DNA of 64,000 nt. Source: Eledone cirrhosa (lineage: Eukaryota). The stretch lies in assembly GCA_964016885.1 (NCBI GenBank), contig OZ024740.1, positions 122,078,001-122,142,000 of the forward strand, written 5' to 3'. Below the pieces are notes generated by a model. That model saw nothing but the letters and a program-made list of their open reading frames with translations. It did no database searches and was not told where the DNA came from. Both the position numbers and the translations under genes were made by a program. Below, piece by piece: positions 52,884 to 64,000 of the stretch (the stretch's first letter is position 1; each line of letters starts with the position of its first letter).

Positions 52884-54619
52884 GTTTTCAAAATATTTTA
52901 AACTCCCAGTTAGCTAGATTGCTTTTTTCATTCATTTGTACCCGCACATGTTTGTGTGTATGTATTTGCATGAGAATATGTGTTTCTAAATGAATATAGT
53001 GGTCATAGTGGAAATTTCGTGTTATCGCAAAAAGAGGAGATTGTCTAAATACGTAATATTTGTCATAAATGTTATATCTGTTTCTTTGGATGATGCGTAA
53101 TCAGAAACAAATTCAAACTTGGCAAGTTTTAGAATCGAAATAGTTTGATATATAAGCATTTCAATTATAATTACCGAAATTACTATGCTGCTTGAATTTA
53201 ATTCCACTGCTTTACGATTGAAACAAAAAAACACCAGGGTTAAACTTATCTCCATGCCGCATTGGATCCTTTAGAATTTCTGACATTTTATCAAAGCTTT
53301 ACAGAAATAATATTTCAAAGATACAATTGAAATAATTAATTCCATGAGACAAAAAATAGCAACGTGCTTTTCATCAATTATTGACGAATATACATGTAGC
53401 ATATGCAGAATCTTGTATGTTTGAATTACGTCATATGTAAATGCTTGATGAAAACTTCAAAAGCCATATATATTGGAAACCAAAATATTAAACTAAAAAA
53501 GCGTATCACAAAATTTCAATTATATATGAATTATGGTTTTCATGTCATAAACGCCCTAGTCTTCAGCAAACTTTACAGAGAAGACAATCTTTTCTGCTAC
53601 TCAAATATTGTCCTTTCACTGGAGCAAGAATAAGCAAAGAGCAAAACAGTGAAATATGTAGCTGATTCTATTATGAAGCAAACACGAAAGAGAAAGATTC
53701 AAACTGAAATTTAGAAATCAAATTCTCAAATTGATTACATAATAAGATTTGAGAGGAGGTTAACTAACATTCTAGTAGAAAGATCCCTCAGCGTCTAGTT
53801 ACATAAGTAATCAAGGTAGTAGATTAAGTGTAATATATATATTAATTCATATTCCGCTAGAAGCAGTGGAATTTTAGGAAGTGAACAAATTTGTGACGGA
53901 GCTTGTATTGGACCTCATTTACATTTCCTTATTGGAATACTAGATTAGAAACAAGGAAGAAAGAAACGTGCGTAGAAATTTAAGATTGCATTGAAACTAT
54001 ATACAAAAACAATCTGTAAATAAAAAAGAAGTCATGCCTGTCATAATTCAAAATGACTAATGAATTGATTAGTATATATTCTGGAGATCATAATTGCCCA
54101 CTTTTATTTGAGATAGAACAAGATTATAAAACATATAGGGAAATAGTTTGGGGGCTTTTAAGTGGTCTACGTACTTGAAGTGTGGGTCCAGTAGAAGTTC
54201 CCTAGGTCCATGTCAAGAATTTATCGATCTTATTTTCTGATCAATCTGATTATCAGCGACATTGTCTTATTTTGTATTGTACGCAAGAATGATGCTTATA
54301 ATGTTGTCGCTGAATGTTTATTTATAAGTTAACTCAAAACTACATTTAATAAGCAATAGCGGTAATTTGTTAATTAATTAGGTATCTGTATTAAATCCTT
54401 ATTCAAATTGCTATTCATATAGTTTCCGTAATTAGATCTGCTAACTATAGCGTTGTCAGATATTATATGTTAACTATTTAACCAACTGTATGCTTCTATA
54501 CCTTTTTGATTCGTACAAATACACCTATATTACCCACATCACAGTGCATTTTTAAAGTAGAGGTTGCAGAGTAAATATTTTATATCACTCGGGTAAAAGG
54601 AATATCGAGTACAGAGATA

Positions 54620-56580
54620 AATAATTAATTGTTTTATTGTCTCTCATGTCTTAAATTCTGTGCTGGATGTTCTTGTTAAGAGAAGTGCTGAGCTGTCAAC
54701 TAATCACCATCTCGTTCCCTGCAGCTTCAGACTACCTAAAACCACGGAAACACAAAATCCTGTCACTTCCAAGGCGTTGGCAGATGACGAAGTCAGGACC
54801 AGGTATCCGGAAACATTTGTATTCAAATTCAGAGAATTACCTGAGCAAACCGAGGACATTGAAACAGCTCGACAGTTTCTGCTTCAGATGTTAAATGATG
54901 GGGATAAACCTGGCTTCATGTGGTGCAGGGTAGCATGAGGACACCTTCGTTCAGTTAAGTGGTCAAAGATACATCAGAGGACTGAAGGACAAATACAGAG
55001 CTTTGTTTGGAAATAAATCCTCTTCTTGCGCGTGTGGTACAATCAGGCGCAAAAAGTCGCTGTACAGAGAGTAAAGTTAAGACACAGGAAGTATTTGGGA
55101 TTAAGCGGAAATCCGATTTCTGACAAGCAAATATAGTGTTCTGGCAGAGCATACGCCGACATTGTAATAACTTATCTTCCTACTCATCAGAAAATCGCCT
55201 GGGATTGTCCTCAATCCATATATGAGTATCCTTGGGAAGTGTAGAGAAAAATGTATTGATCTCCTAAATCTAGTCCCAACAGGATATTATGATGCATGAT
55301 ATATTAGAGGCATCTCGGAGTGTTGACTAACCATTTGTAGGCTGAGGTCACAAATAAAATTAAAGAACTAATATGTGGCAAGGTTTCTTGGGAAGGTGCA
55401 ATTAGACCCAAGATGTTAAAAACCTTAAATAAAGACGGTATTCTATATTATCTGTGATGTATTGCCTGGATCTCTGGATGGGCACCAAGGCAATGACTAT
55501 CGGGATTGGGATTCCCAAATTTTAAAAAGTGGACGAGGCAGATTGCTCTAATCATAGAAGTGTTTCATTGTTAATTCTCCCCGTCAAAACCTGTGCTAAG
55601 AGACGTAGGGACACCGTCACATCCAAGCTATCTAAGGAACTATATGGATGTTGCTCTGGGCGCAGCACATTGGACTTAATATACTCACTGCAACGGGTTT
55701 TGAGAAATCACCGGAATAAGGCAAAGATGTGAATGCTTGTTTCGTAGACCTCAAAAAGGCATATGATTGCGTTCGATGGGACCTGTTGTGGAAGGGTCTG
55801 CAAGAGTATGGGATCGATGCATAGCTTCATGTTGTGCTAACATTTGTGTTATAGAAATTGAAACTAAAATGAAATCATTCTATATGGTTACTGAACACTG
55901 CCAGGGTGCGCACTGTCACCTCTCAAGTTAATAATATTCAAGAAAATGAATGATGTGCACAGCTAAATTGCATGTGGTATCATGACACTAGGATCAGTCG
56001 GCTGGATGTTTCAGACGTGGTATTACTTAACCCCTCAGACGGTGATCTCCTATATGCATTTGATAGGTTTAACACCGAGTGCTAAACAGCTAGAATGAAA
56101 ATCTGTGATGTAATGACTCGTCCTCATAATGATGCCTGAGCAATGCACTCTACATATGAATAAAGATCTATTGAAGCAAGTGGAGACGTTCAAGTGTCTT
56201 GGAGTCGTATTCACGAGTGACGGAAAGAAGAAGGCTGCATTAAGTGCAAGAATTGCAGGCGTTTGTACAGTAATGTGCCAGACTCAACAGTCAGTAATCA
56301 GAGGGGACGTAGGTGTAAAAGCCAATCTCGCTAACTTCATATCGGTCATGAGACTTATGTAATGATCGAAAGATTATGATGGCAAATACAAACTGCCGAA
56401 ACGGTGTACCTCCGAAGGGTCTTTGGAGTAACGTTAATCGAGAGATTGCATAACTAGATGAGAGAAACACTGAAGTTAGAGCAGTTACTTTTATTAATTA
56501 AAAGTTCATAGCACAGATAGTATGGGAAGGTGATTAAAATGCCTCGGGAGAGAATCGTTGGACAGAGCTTGGCTGATATT
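54620..56580 (+). mobile_element. Decayed RTE-type LINE (EN end, RT, C-terminal region)
   Basis: DVLVKRSAELSTNHHLV; CSNHRSVSLL; SGRSTLDLIYSL; CFVDLKKAYD; QVETFKCLGVVFTSDG. Many stops. Confidence 0.8.
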
Positions 56581-56584
56581 AAAA

Positions 56585-56657
<73 letters not shown>

Positions 56658-56662
<5 letters not shown>

Positions 56663-57391
56663 AAATGGATGCAGCCCATTATGCCGTGTTTGCAAAAAAC
56701 AATCAGAGACCATTGACCATATCATTTCAATGTGCAGTCCTATAGCTCCAACCGAATACCTAAACAGGCATGACAGAGCTGCACAATACATACATTGGAT
56801 AATGTGTAAGCATTTTGACCTGCCCCATCAAAAGAATTGGTGGGAGCATCAACCACCTCCCATACTTGAAAAAGATCACATCTCAATCTTGTGCAACTTT
56901 AGCACCCAAACGGACCGAAAAATAGATGCAAATAGACCTGATATAATATTGAAGGACTTCAAAAAGAGGGTATGCCTGCTAATTGATATGTCCATTCCAA
57001 TAGACAAGAATGTATCTATAAAAACATTTGAAAAATTGAGGAAGTATAAGGACCTGGAGATAGAAATTGGAAAAATGTGGAAATTGAGAACTAAAACAAT
57101 ACCAGTGGTTGTAGGCGCTCTGGGAATGATACCTAAGGGGTCTAATGATTACTTATCGCAAATCCCAGGAAACCCGCGTATAGGAGAAATACAAAAGATA
57201 GTACTAATGGGAAATGCCCATATACTAAGGAAGATTCTGTCAATATAAGTACATCACAAGTCTAAACACTAAAGATGCATGTGTGAGTATGTATGTTCTT
57301 TCTTGAACATGGCGGATCTTGTTGTCTCTTGAGGTCACTGGTTGTGACTTGGCGATAACTCGTATGAACATAAAGCAAGATAAATGCAACT

Positions 57392-57392
<1 letters not shown>
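56658..57392 (+). mobile_element. R4/Dong-like LINE 3' fragment (CCHC + restriction-like endonuclease) between (TAA)n arrays
   Basis: CRVCKKQSETIDHIISMC, RHD, NRPDII...LIDMSIP and KYKDL. (TAA)n at 56586-56657 and 57393-57447. Confidence 0.85.
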
Positions 57393-57448
<56 letters not shown>

Positions 57449-57685
57449 TTTTCTTTATTAACCACAAGGGTTTACATAAAGTAGACATTAAGGACAGTAC
57501 AGGACAATACAGGACGGTACAAATGGGCATGTCTGCGCGTAAAACAAACAGAGGATGAAATAAAATAACAAAGAAAAATTCCCCAATAGGGGGGAGACTT
57601 CCGAGGGACATTTGTGGAGAAAGCCCATTAAAAGACCACAGTGGCCTGACCACCAGGGCAAGTGCCCTCTCCCAGTTTTCCACCT

Positions 57686-60600
57686 TTAATTTACAGACAC
57701 ATTCATTCGGGCCATACTTGCTTCTCTCACCCATCTTTCAACAAAATGCTGGGAAGAGAGCACTTCCCTCTCTACCCTGATTTTCCTTTTCAGATGAAAT
57801 TTGAAAAAGTTAATCAGGGCATCTCCGAAGAGGTAAGTGCTCGTCTTCAGCCCTTTCAAACGTGTCCAACATACAATCTCTTTCGCCATGGCCACCAGAG
57901 AGATAAAAACTGCCTGCCCTTCCCGGCTAAAGGAAGAGGGCGGGGAAATCCTCACGATGGACTCAGCTGATAGCTGGATCCGTCCTACACGTGACAGCAG
58001 GTGTTCGACATAAACCCACGAGTCAGCAATGCTCGGACACTGGACGAGTGCGCGCAGGACGGTTTCGTCGCCCTGTGCGCATCTCGGACATGCCCGGCTG
58101 ACGGCACCTCCATGCCTGTAAATTTTATCCCGAACTGGCAAAGCACCCCGGTAGCACTGCCAGGCCAGGGATTTCTGGAAGTTGTCCATAGGCCCCAGCC
58201 CGAAAGTCCTTCAGAAGAGATTGCCTAGTTGATTTTCGTCGACGCCTAGAGGTCTCCAAGTACGTCGTCGCTCTTCCCCTCCACTAATCCCCTATAGAAC
58301 GCCAAGGTGGAGTTTCCACCGATCACATTGCCCGATTGGTCGAGGGCTGTGAGCGCCTGAAGACATTCCAGTCTCCAAGCGCTCCCTCTCGGTCTTCGCT
58401 TGACCCAGGACTGCAGCTCCGTCAAGGAGACGAGCTGGGGAAAAACGTGTCTAGCATACGGCGACCACACCTGATCACCGTCGAGGAAGAGGTGGAGATG
58501 TCGTAGCCTGAGCGCGTGCCTGGCATCATCAGCCACGGCATGCCCAGCCCTCCACGTAGCGGGTGTTGACAGCAGATGGACCGCCTGACCATCGGAGCGC
58601 GTCCCTTCCACAAGAAGCGAAATAGCAAACGCTCCAGCGCAGTCAGGCGGGGCTTAGGACAAGGTACGACGGTCAGGCGGTAGTAGATGACGGACGCGAT
58701 GTACGCGTTAGCCACCTCCGCTCGACCTTTCAGGGATAGCTTCCTCTCGGCCCATTTCTGGGTGAGAGAAGCCACCCTGCTCGTTACCTCGTCCCAGTTG
58801 GTCTGTCTGGAGGTCTGGACCGAACCAGACCCCTAGCAATTTAACCGGTCCGTCCGTCCAGCGCCCGACGACGCTGTTGGACGGCATGGACCTGCCTCTC
58901 CAGGTGCCGAGCTGCAGGCCCACTGACTTTTCCTGGTTGATCATTAGTCCTGTCACCGCTTCGTATTCCCTTAGTGTAGTGCCGATCGCCTCGATGTGTT
59001 TGGCGTTCGACACCACTACGGTGACATCGTCCGCATATGCTGACACGGATCTTTCGCATCCTAGTTCACGCGGGACCCCCCTCAACGTCTCCAGTTTGTG
59101 CAGTAATGGCTCGAGAGTCAATACGTACAATAGGGACGAGAGGGGACATCCTTGGCGGACCGAGCGCATGATGTTGAACGGTACCAAAAGGTGAGCGTTC
59201 ACTCTCACCTCAGAGCAGATGTCCCTGTGCATGGCAGCGATCCAGCCTCTGAAGACGGGCCCAAAGCCAGCCGCCCTCAGGACTGCCGCTAGGTAACGAT
59301 GGTCAACCCTATCGAAGGCTTTCGACTGATCTAAATTGATCAAAGACCCACCCGTGCCAGGTTCCCTAGCTACCCTCTCTACGATGTATCGCATGAGGTG
59401 GAGGTTGTCGTGGATGGATCTGTCGGGAATGGTGCATGTCTGTGCCTCTCCCACCAGACCACCAACGACAAGCGCCAACCTCTTTGCTAGCACATTGGCC
59501 AAAATATTGAACTCTGTGTTTAGCAGAGTTATGGGCCTAAAATGATCTATGTTATCCCCGTTGTTCGGATCCTTTCTCAGCAGCGCCACCGCTCCTCGGC
59601 TCACAGAGCATGGACTTCTCCCGTTCTGTTGCCAGTTGCAGTAGACGTCCGCAAAGAGGCCTCCGAACAAGTCTGGCATGTGTACGTAAAGTTCATAATG
59701 CAGACCATCCAAACCAGGCGATTTACCCCTTGTGCAACTAGTCATTGCATCCCGTACTTCAGCGGTTGTTATCGGCTTTTCACAACACTCCGCCTCAGTG
59801 GCCGAAAGCCGCGGCAGTCCGTCGAGGTAGACACTAAAGTCCATCCCTCGATCCGGCCCGCCACTGCCCCCGAACAGTTGAGCGAAGTGTCGATGAAAAG
59901 CTTCACACATTTGCCTGGGATCGAGTAGCATGCGCCCCTCGTGGTCCACCAAAGACCGGATCGTGGCTTTGTTTCCACGACGCGTCTCCGCCACTCGGGC
60001 CCATTGAACGGCTTTCGTCCCCTCGTGTCTGAGAGCACGCACCCTAGCTCTCACAACGCAGCCTTCGTGCTTTACATTGAAGAATTGGTCAAGGGCCAAT
60101 TTCGCCGCAAGTACGTCGGTCGCGATGCCTTTGCTAAGCGCCTCATCTAATTTTCTAACTAATTCTCCCTCTGCTCTATTTTTCTCTATTGCTAAAGTCT
60201 TACTAAACCTAATGGACTCTATTCTAATTGCTCTTTTCAGAGCAAACCACCACTTGTTGTTGACGATGGCCCCCGTCAACGCCCGCTTAACTAGTTCGCT
60301 AATCCGGTCTCTGTAGGCCTTGCGCGCTGGTAAGGACGCGTTTAGCTTCCAGTAGCCGGGTCCTCGTCTATGAAGCCTATCTAAGTCAAGCACACAGATC
60401 ACGAATTTGTGGTCCGTGTAGCAGACTATCTTGAATTGTGGACAGCCTATGCTAGACCTATCTATTTCCCTACAAAATACTCTATCTAGATATGATCTGG
60501 AGGACCCTATGCGATTTGTCCAAGTCCACATTGGCACATTCGGGAAATACAATCGGTACCTGTCAGACAGTTCAAAACGCCTGATCAGGTAGGTGAGGCT

Positions 60601-61089
60601 CTTGCACCCTCCACCCCTATCCGCTAATCCCACACAGTCCCAGCGTGCATCTGCGATCCCGTTCCAGTCGCCCACTAACACTAAAGAGCGGGACGTTCCA
60701 AGACAGGTCTCCAGACGCCGGAAGAAATCAGGCCGCCCTGCACCTGTCGGGGCATAGACGTCCACTAGCCTGAAAGCTTGCCCGTCTCCTCTAGTCACGT
60801 CCAGCACCACCAACTTACCCTGTGGGTCCAGGAAGATGGCCCGTATGGCGAGATCCAAACCTCTTCCAAAAAGCACAACAATCCCCACCCCCCGATCCAG
60901 GACGGCTGGGAGATGCGTACACTCGTAGCCACCGAAGATCGGTGCGAAGGCCCGTGCTTCGGAGATTCTGGTCTCGCTGATGGCCACTAAATCTATGTTT
61001 AGTGACCTGAGGTCGTTGAGCAGGTGACCCTGCTTCCATGACGAACCCAAACCACGCGCATTTATGCTGCCTATTCTGAGTGAGGCCAT
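57686..61089 (-). pseudogene. LINE ORF2: APE endonuclease - RT - zinc finger, frameshifted
   Basis: SINARGL, ISET, VYAP, GDWN, SYLDR, TDHK, GYWKLN, KSPGLDG, RPITLLN, DQSKAFDRVDH, VRQGCPLS, AYADD, GGLG and CPRC...ETVLR. Split over ORFs 58708..61269, 58422..58775, 58246..58611 and 57686..58189. Confidence 0.9.
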
Positions 61090-61451
61090 GTTTAAAATCG
61101 AGTGGAAAAGATGGGAAAGACCACTTACCGTACTTTTCGTAGAGGAGGGATGGTTTTTCCATCCCTTTTCACTTGATCGTCTGGTGAAGGGACCGTTGAA
61201 TCGTCCCTTCGGCTGGTCGTCGGCTCTTCTATGAGTATGTCCGAATATACTCTTCGGTTGATAGTTCATCCTAGGTCTCTGAAATCACCAACTGCGTTGG
61301 GGAATTTCGTTTTAATGTTTGTGTATTGTTTCTGTGCTATTTTTAGCAGTCTTATGTTAGTTGGCGTTTTGATTGGTGCTGGTATTATGTAGTCGTGTTG
61401 TGAAATGTCTGTGTTCAATTATGTAAGTCATTAGTTTCTTGTTGTGTGTAT

Positions 61452-63177
61452 TTATTGCCGTGCATTTGTTTTTCTGGGGTGGGGTGTGGTTCTGCTATTT
61501 TCTTGTCGTTGTTGCTGGGTGTGTGTGTTTTGTTGTTGTGTTTGCGATGTTGGTGCTTGTGGTGGTGGTGTTGAAGGTGTTGTTGGCGGTGCGGTTGTCG
61601 CCGGTGGTGATGGTGGTGCTAGTGTGGGTGGTGTTGGTGTTGGTGGTGTTGCTGCTGTGAGTCTCTTTGCAGTAGACTTTACCCTTTTTTCATTTCTTTC
61701 CTCCTTTTTCAAAGGCGACGATGCCGTGCTTCTGCGTTTGTGCCTTCTTACGACCTTTTGCCATCCCTCTCCCACCTCACACTCCATGTCTGATTCTGTG
61801 AAGTCGGGGATGGGTACCAGCTCCACTCTTTCACTTGTTGTTGTTGGTGATGTTTGCACTGGAATCTCTGTTGCAGCTGCATTTGGTATTGCTGTTGTTG
61901 TTGTTAATATTTCCACTGCTGCTGCTGTTTTTGATTTCCGTGGTGTGGGTATGGGTGCCACGGACCTATCGTTCCTGGTTGCCGCTTGTCCTGTTGCTGG
62001 TAGCCGTGGAGCCGGTTTCGGAACGAGAGGGGTTTTCTCCTTTCTCAGGGTCTTCTCGTTGCAGAAGGCCCTGAGGTGAGTCTTCGATCCACAGCGAAAG
62101 CATTTCGGGCGTTTGCCCTCAACACTTATGGGCAGTTGAGTGCCGTTATAAGTCTATCACATCCGGGATAGCTTCGATGCACTCCTGGTTGGTTTGGATT
62201 AACATCTCAATGGAGGTGCCGACCCAATCTTCTCTTACTTTTTTCTGTACTTGTAGTACAGTTGTTTTGTCCACGATTCCGACGAGGACAGACGCGGCAG
62301 CCAAGAAAGGGCCATCCCGGGGGGGGGGGGACGTGGGTCAGTTTGATCCTCACTATTTTTTGCCCGCAGTAGGAGGGCACCAACGGCATTTCCTCGCTCC
62401 TTAGGGTCACTATGGATTGAGCCTTTGCCTCCTGGGGTGTGGCAAAAAGTACGTCCACGGTGGCATATTTCTTGCCTCGGGTGATGTGCGTTATCCGCTG
62501 CCACACAGACCCCAAGGCTTTTTGTATTTGAGCCTCTGTGGTTCTTTCAACCCTTACTGTACGCTACTTGATCGTACAGTGCTGTTGCGTTTCGAAAATG
62601 TTTCCGCTGCCTTGCAGATTGCTCGGTGTCCAGTTTTTGTCATCATCTTCTTCGCTTCCTCTAATTCCTCATTTGTTATGAGGATTGTTTCCAGGTTCTT
62701 CGCGATGCCTGCAAACGAGATTGATTTTTCTTTGCTGCTGTTGTTGTTGTTGTTGTCGTAAGAGCTGCTGTTACTTTTGTTGTTGCTGCAGGTACTACGA
62801 CTACTGCCGCCGCCGCTGTTGCTGTGGTTGTTGTTGTTGTTGCTGCTGCTAATGCTGTTGTTGTTTATGATGCTGCTGATGCTGTTGCGGCTGCTACTTT
62901 TGTTTTCATTGTCACTGTTGCTGTTTTTATTACGGCTGCTACTGCTATTACTCCTGAAGTCAGACGAATGAAATGGGTTTTCGTATATCCCGCACACCTG
63001 TTTCGTCGTTGTCGTGGAGAAATCTTGCTCGCTTTGCATGAGACTTTTCTTTTCTGTCGTAGCTTGCGAAAGAGAAGGGAGGGAGAGAGACAATCTTCTC
63101 TCTGCTGTAGTGACGATTGAGGAAGAAGAAGACGGAATGAGTGGGAGTGACCTATGAAAATTCTTTTTCGTAGCCAT
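61452..63177 (-). pseudogene. LINE ORF1 (gag-like, zinc knuckle), frameshifted
   Basis: Ser/Asn-rich N-terminus with SFAGIA; minus ~62060-62125 VEGKRPKCFRCGSKTHLRAFC (CCHC); Thr/Pro-rich C-terminus with WQKV. Confidence 0.75.
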
Positions 63178-63471
63178 GTTGTTTTTTTTTGTTTAAAATA
63201 AATATTGGGCACAAAACCCCAATAAGCAGTTATTTAACCCCGAAGGGCCAAATAACGGGCAGAAAGACCCCTCTCACGAGGAGGAGGGTGTAATTGTCTA
63301 CGAGTTGGTTAAAGTTTTAAACAATTTACAATTGTTATAGCGTTCAAAATGTACAATACCTTACAGAGCCGAGCCTCCGTCAACCATAGCATTCAATAAT
63401 AATAATAATAATAATAATAAAAATAATAATAATAATATCCACTAATAATAATAATAATAATAATATCCACT

Positions 63472-64000
63472 GTGGAGCAGTTCAGTGATGACATTAAAAT
63501 GGAGTTTGTACTAGATAAATGCGCCAAAGCAACGTTCACCAGAGGAAAGCTGCTGAAGAGTTCAGACATTAATCTTGATCGGGGGAACGTGATAAGAGAA
63601 CTTGATCAAGAAAAAACTTACAAATATCTAGGTGTTTGTGAAGGAGACGGATTCAAGTACTCGACAATGAGGGAAAGGATAAGGAAGGAATGTTACCGCA
63701 GAGTAAGAGCAATCTTAAGAACGGAATTGAATGCAAGGAATAGGATCGATGCCATAAACACGCTTGCCATACCAGTAGTAACCTACAGTTACAATGTCAT
63801 CAACTAGTCAAGCACAGAGATCAGTAGGCTCGATACAAGAATTCGAAAATTCTTAACCATGCACAGAATGCATCACCCTAAGGCAGATATAGATAGAATA
63901 TATCTCCCTAGGAAAGAAGGAGGACGTTGTTTAATCCAGTTAGACATTGCGTTGAAAACTGCAACAATTGGATTATCTACATATCTATGGGAATCACATG
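63472..64000 (+). mobile_element. R4/Dong-like LINE fragment (RT C-terminal part), runs off the window
   Basis: FSDDIKMEFVLDKCA, YKYLG, AINTLAIPVVTYS and MHHPKADIDRIYLPRKEGGR. Starts immediately after (AAT)n. Confidence 0.85.

Larger units (their letters stand above)
57448..63394 (-). mobile_element. Full-length Tx1/L1-clade LINE (~5.95 kb) inserted in (AAT)n
   Basis: Two-ORF layout. AATAAA near the 3' end (57454-57459). (AAT)n directly on both sides. Confidence 0.88.

Overview
AT-rich, microsatellite-dense eukaryotic DNA. The SINE, Penelope, RTE, Dong and Tx1 complement suggests an octopod cephalopod, but this is inference. No intact host gene is visible, and most listed ORFs are translations of microsatellites. 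Main content: (1) An apparently young, ORF-intact Neptune-type Penelope-like element (RT + GIY-YIG, 6325-8601) sits between ~1 kb inverted pseudo-LTRs that carry a U3-A8 variant minimal hammerhead ribozyme. (2) Several other Penelope relics share the outward-facing inverted-arm, hammerhead and (TA)n geometry, including a Naiad-type palindrome at 43.8-46.6 kb and an ORF-less palindrome at 10.8-11.6 kb. (3) A nest of LINEs lies in (TAA)n arrays at 54.6-64 kb, including a full-length Tx1/L1-clade element. (4) About 9 copies of one tRNA-derived SINE. (5) Not visible in the ORF track: much of the 'unique' DNA between repeats from ~0.3 to ~52.5 kb translates by hand into degenerate LDL-receptor-family modules (YWTD propeller blades, EGF, LDLa). 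These carry stops and frameshifts and switch strand repeatedly, consistent with a shattered LRP1/LRP2-like gene relic. All protein similarity calls come from manual translation and recalled motifs; no database search was run.
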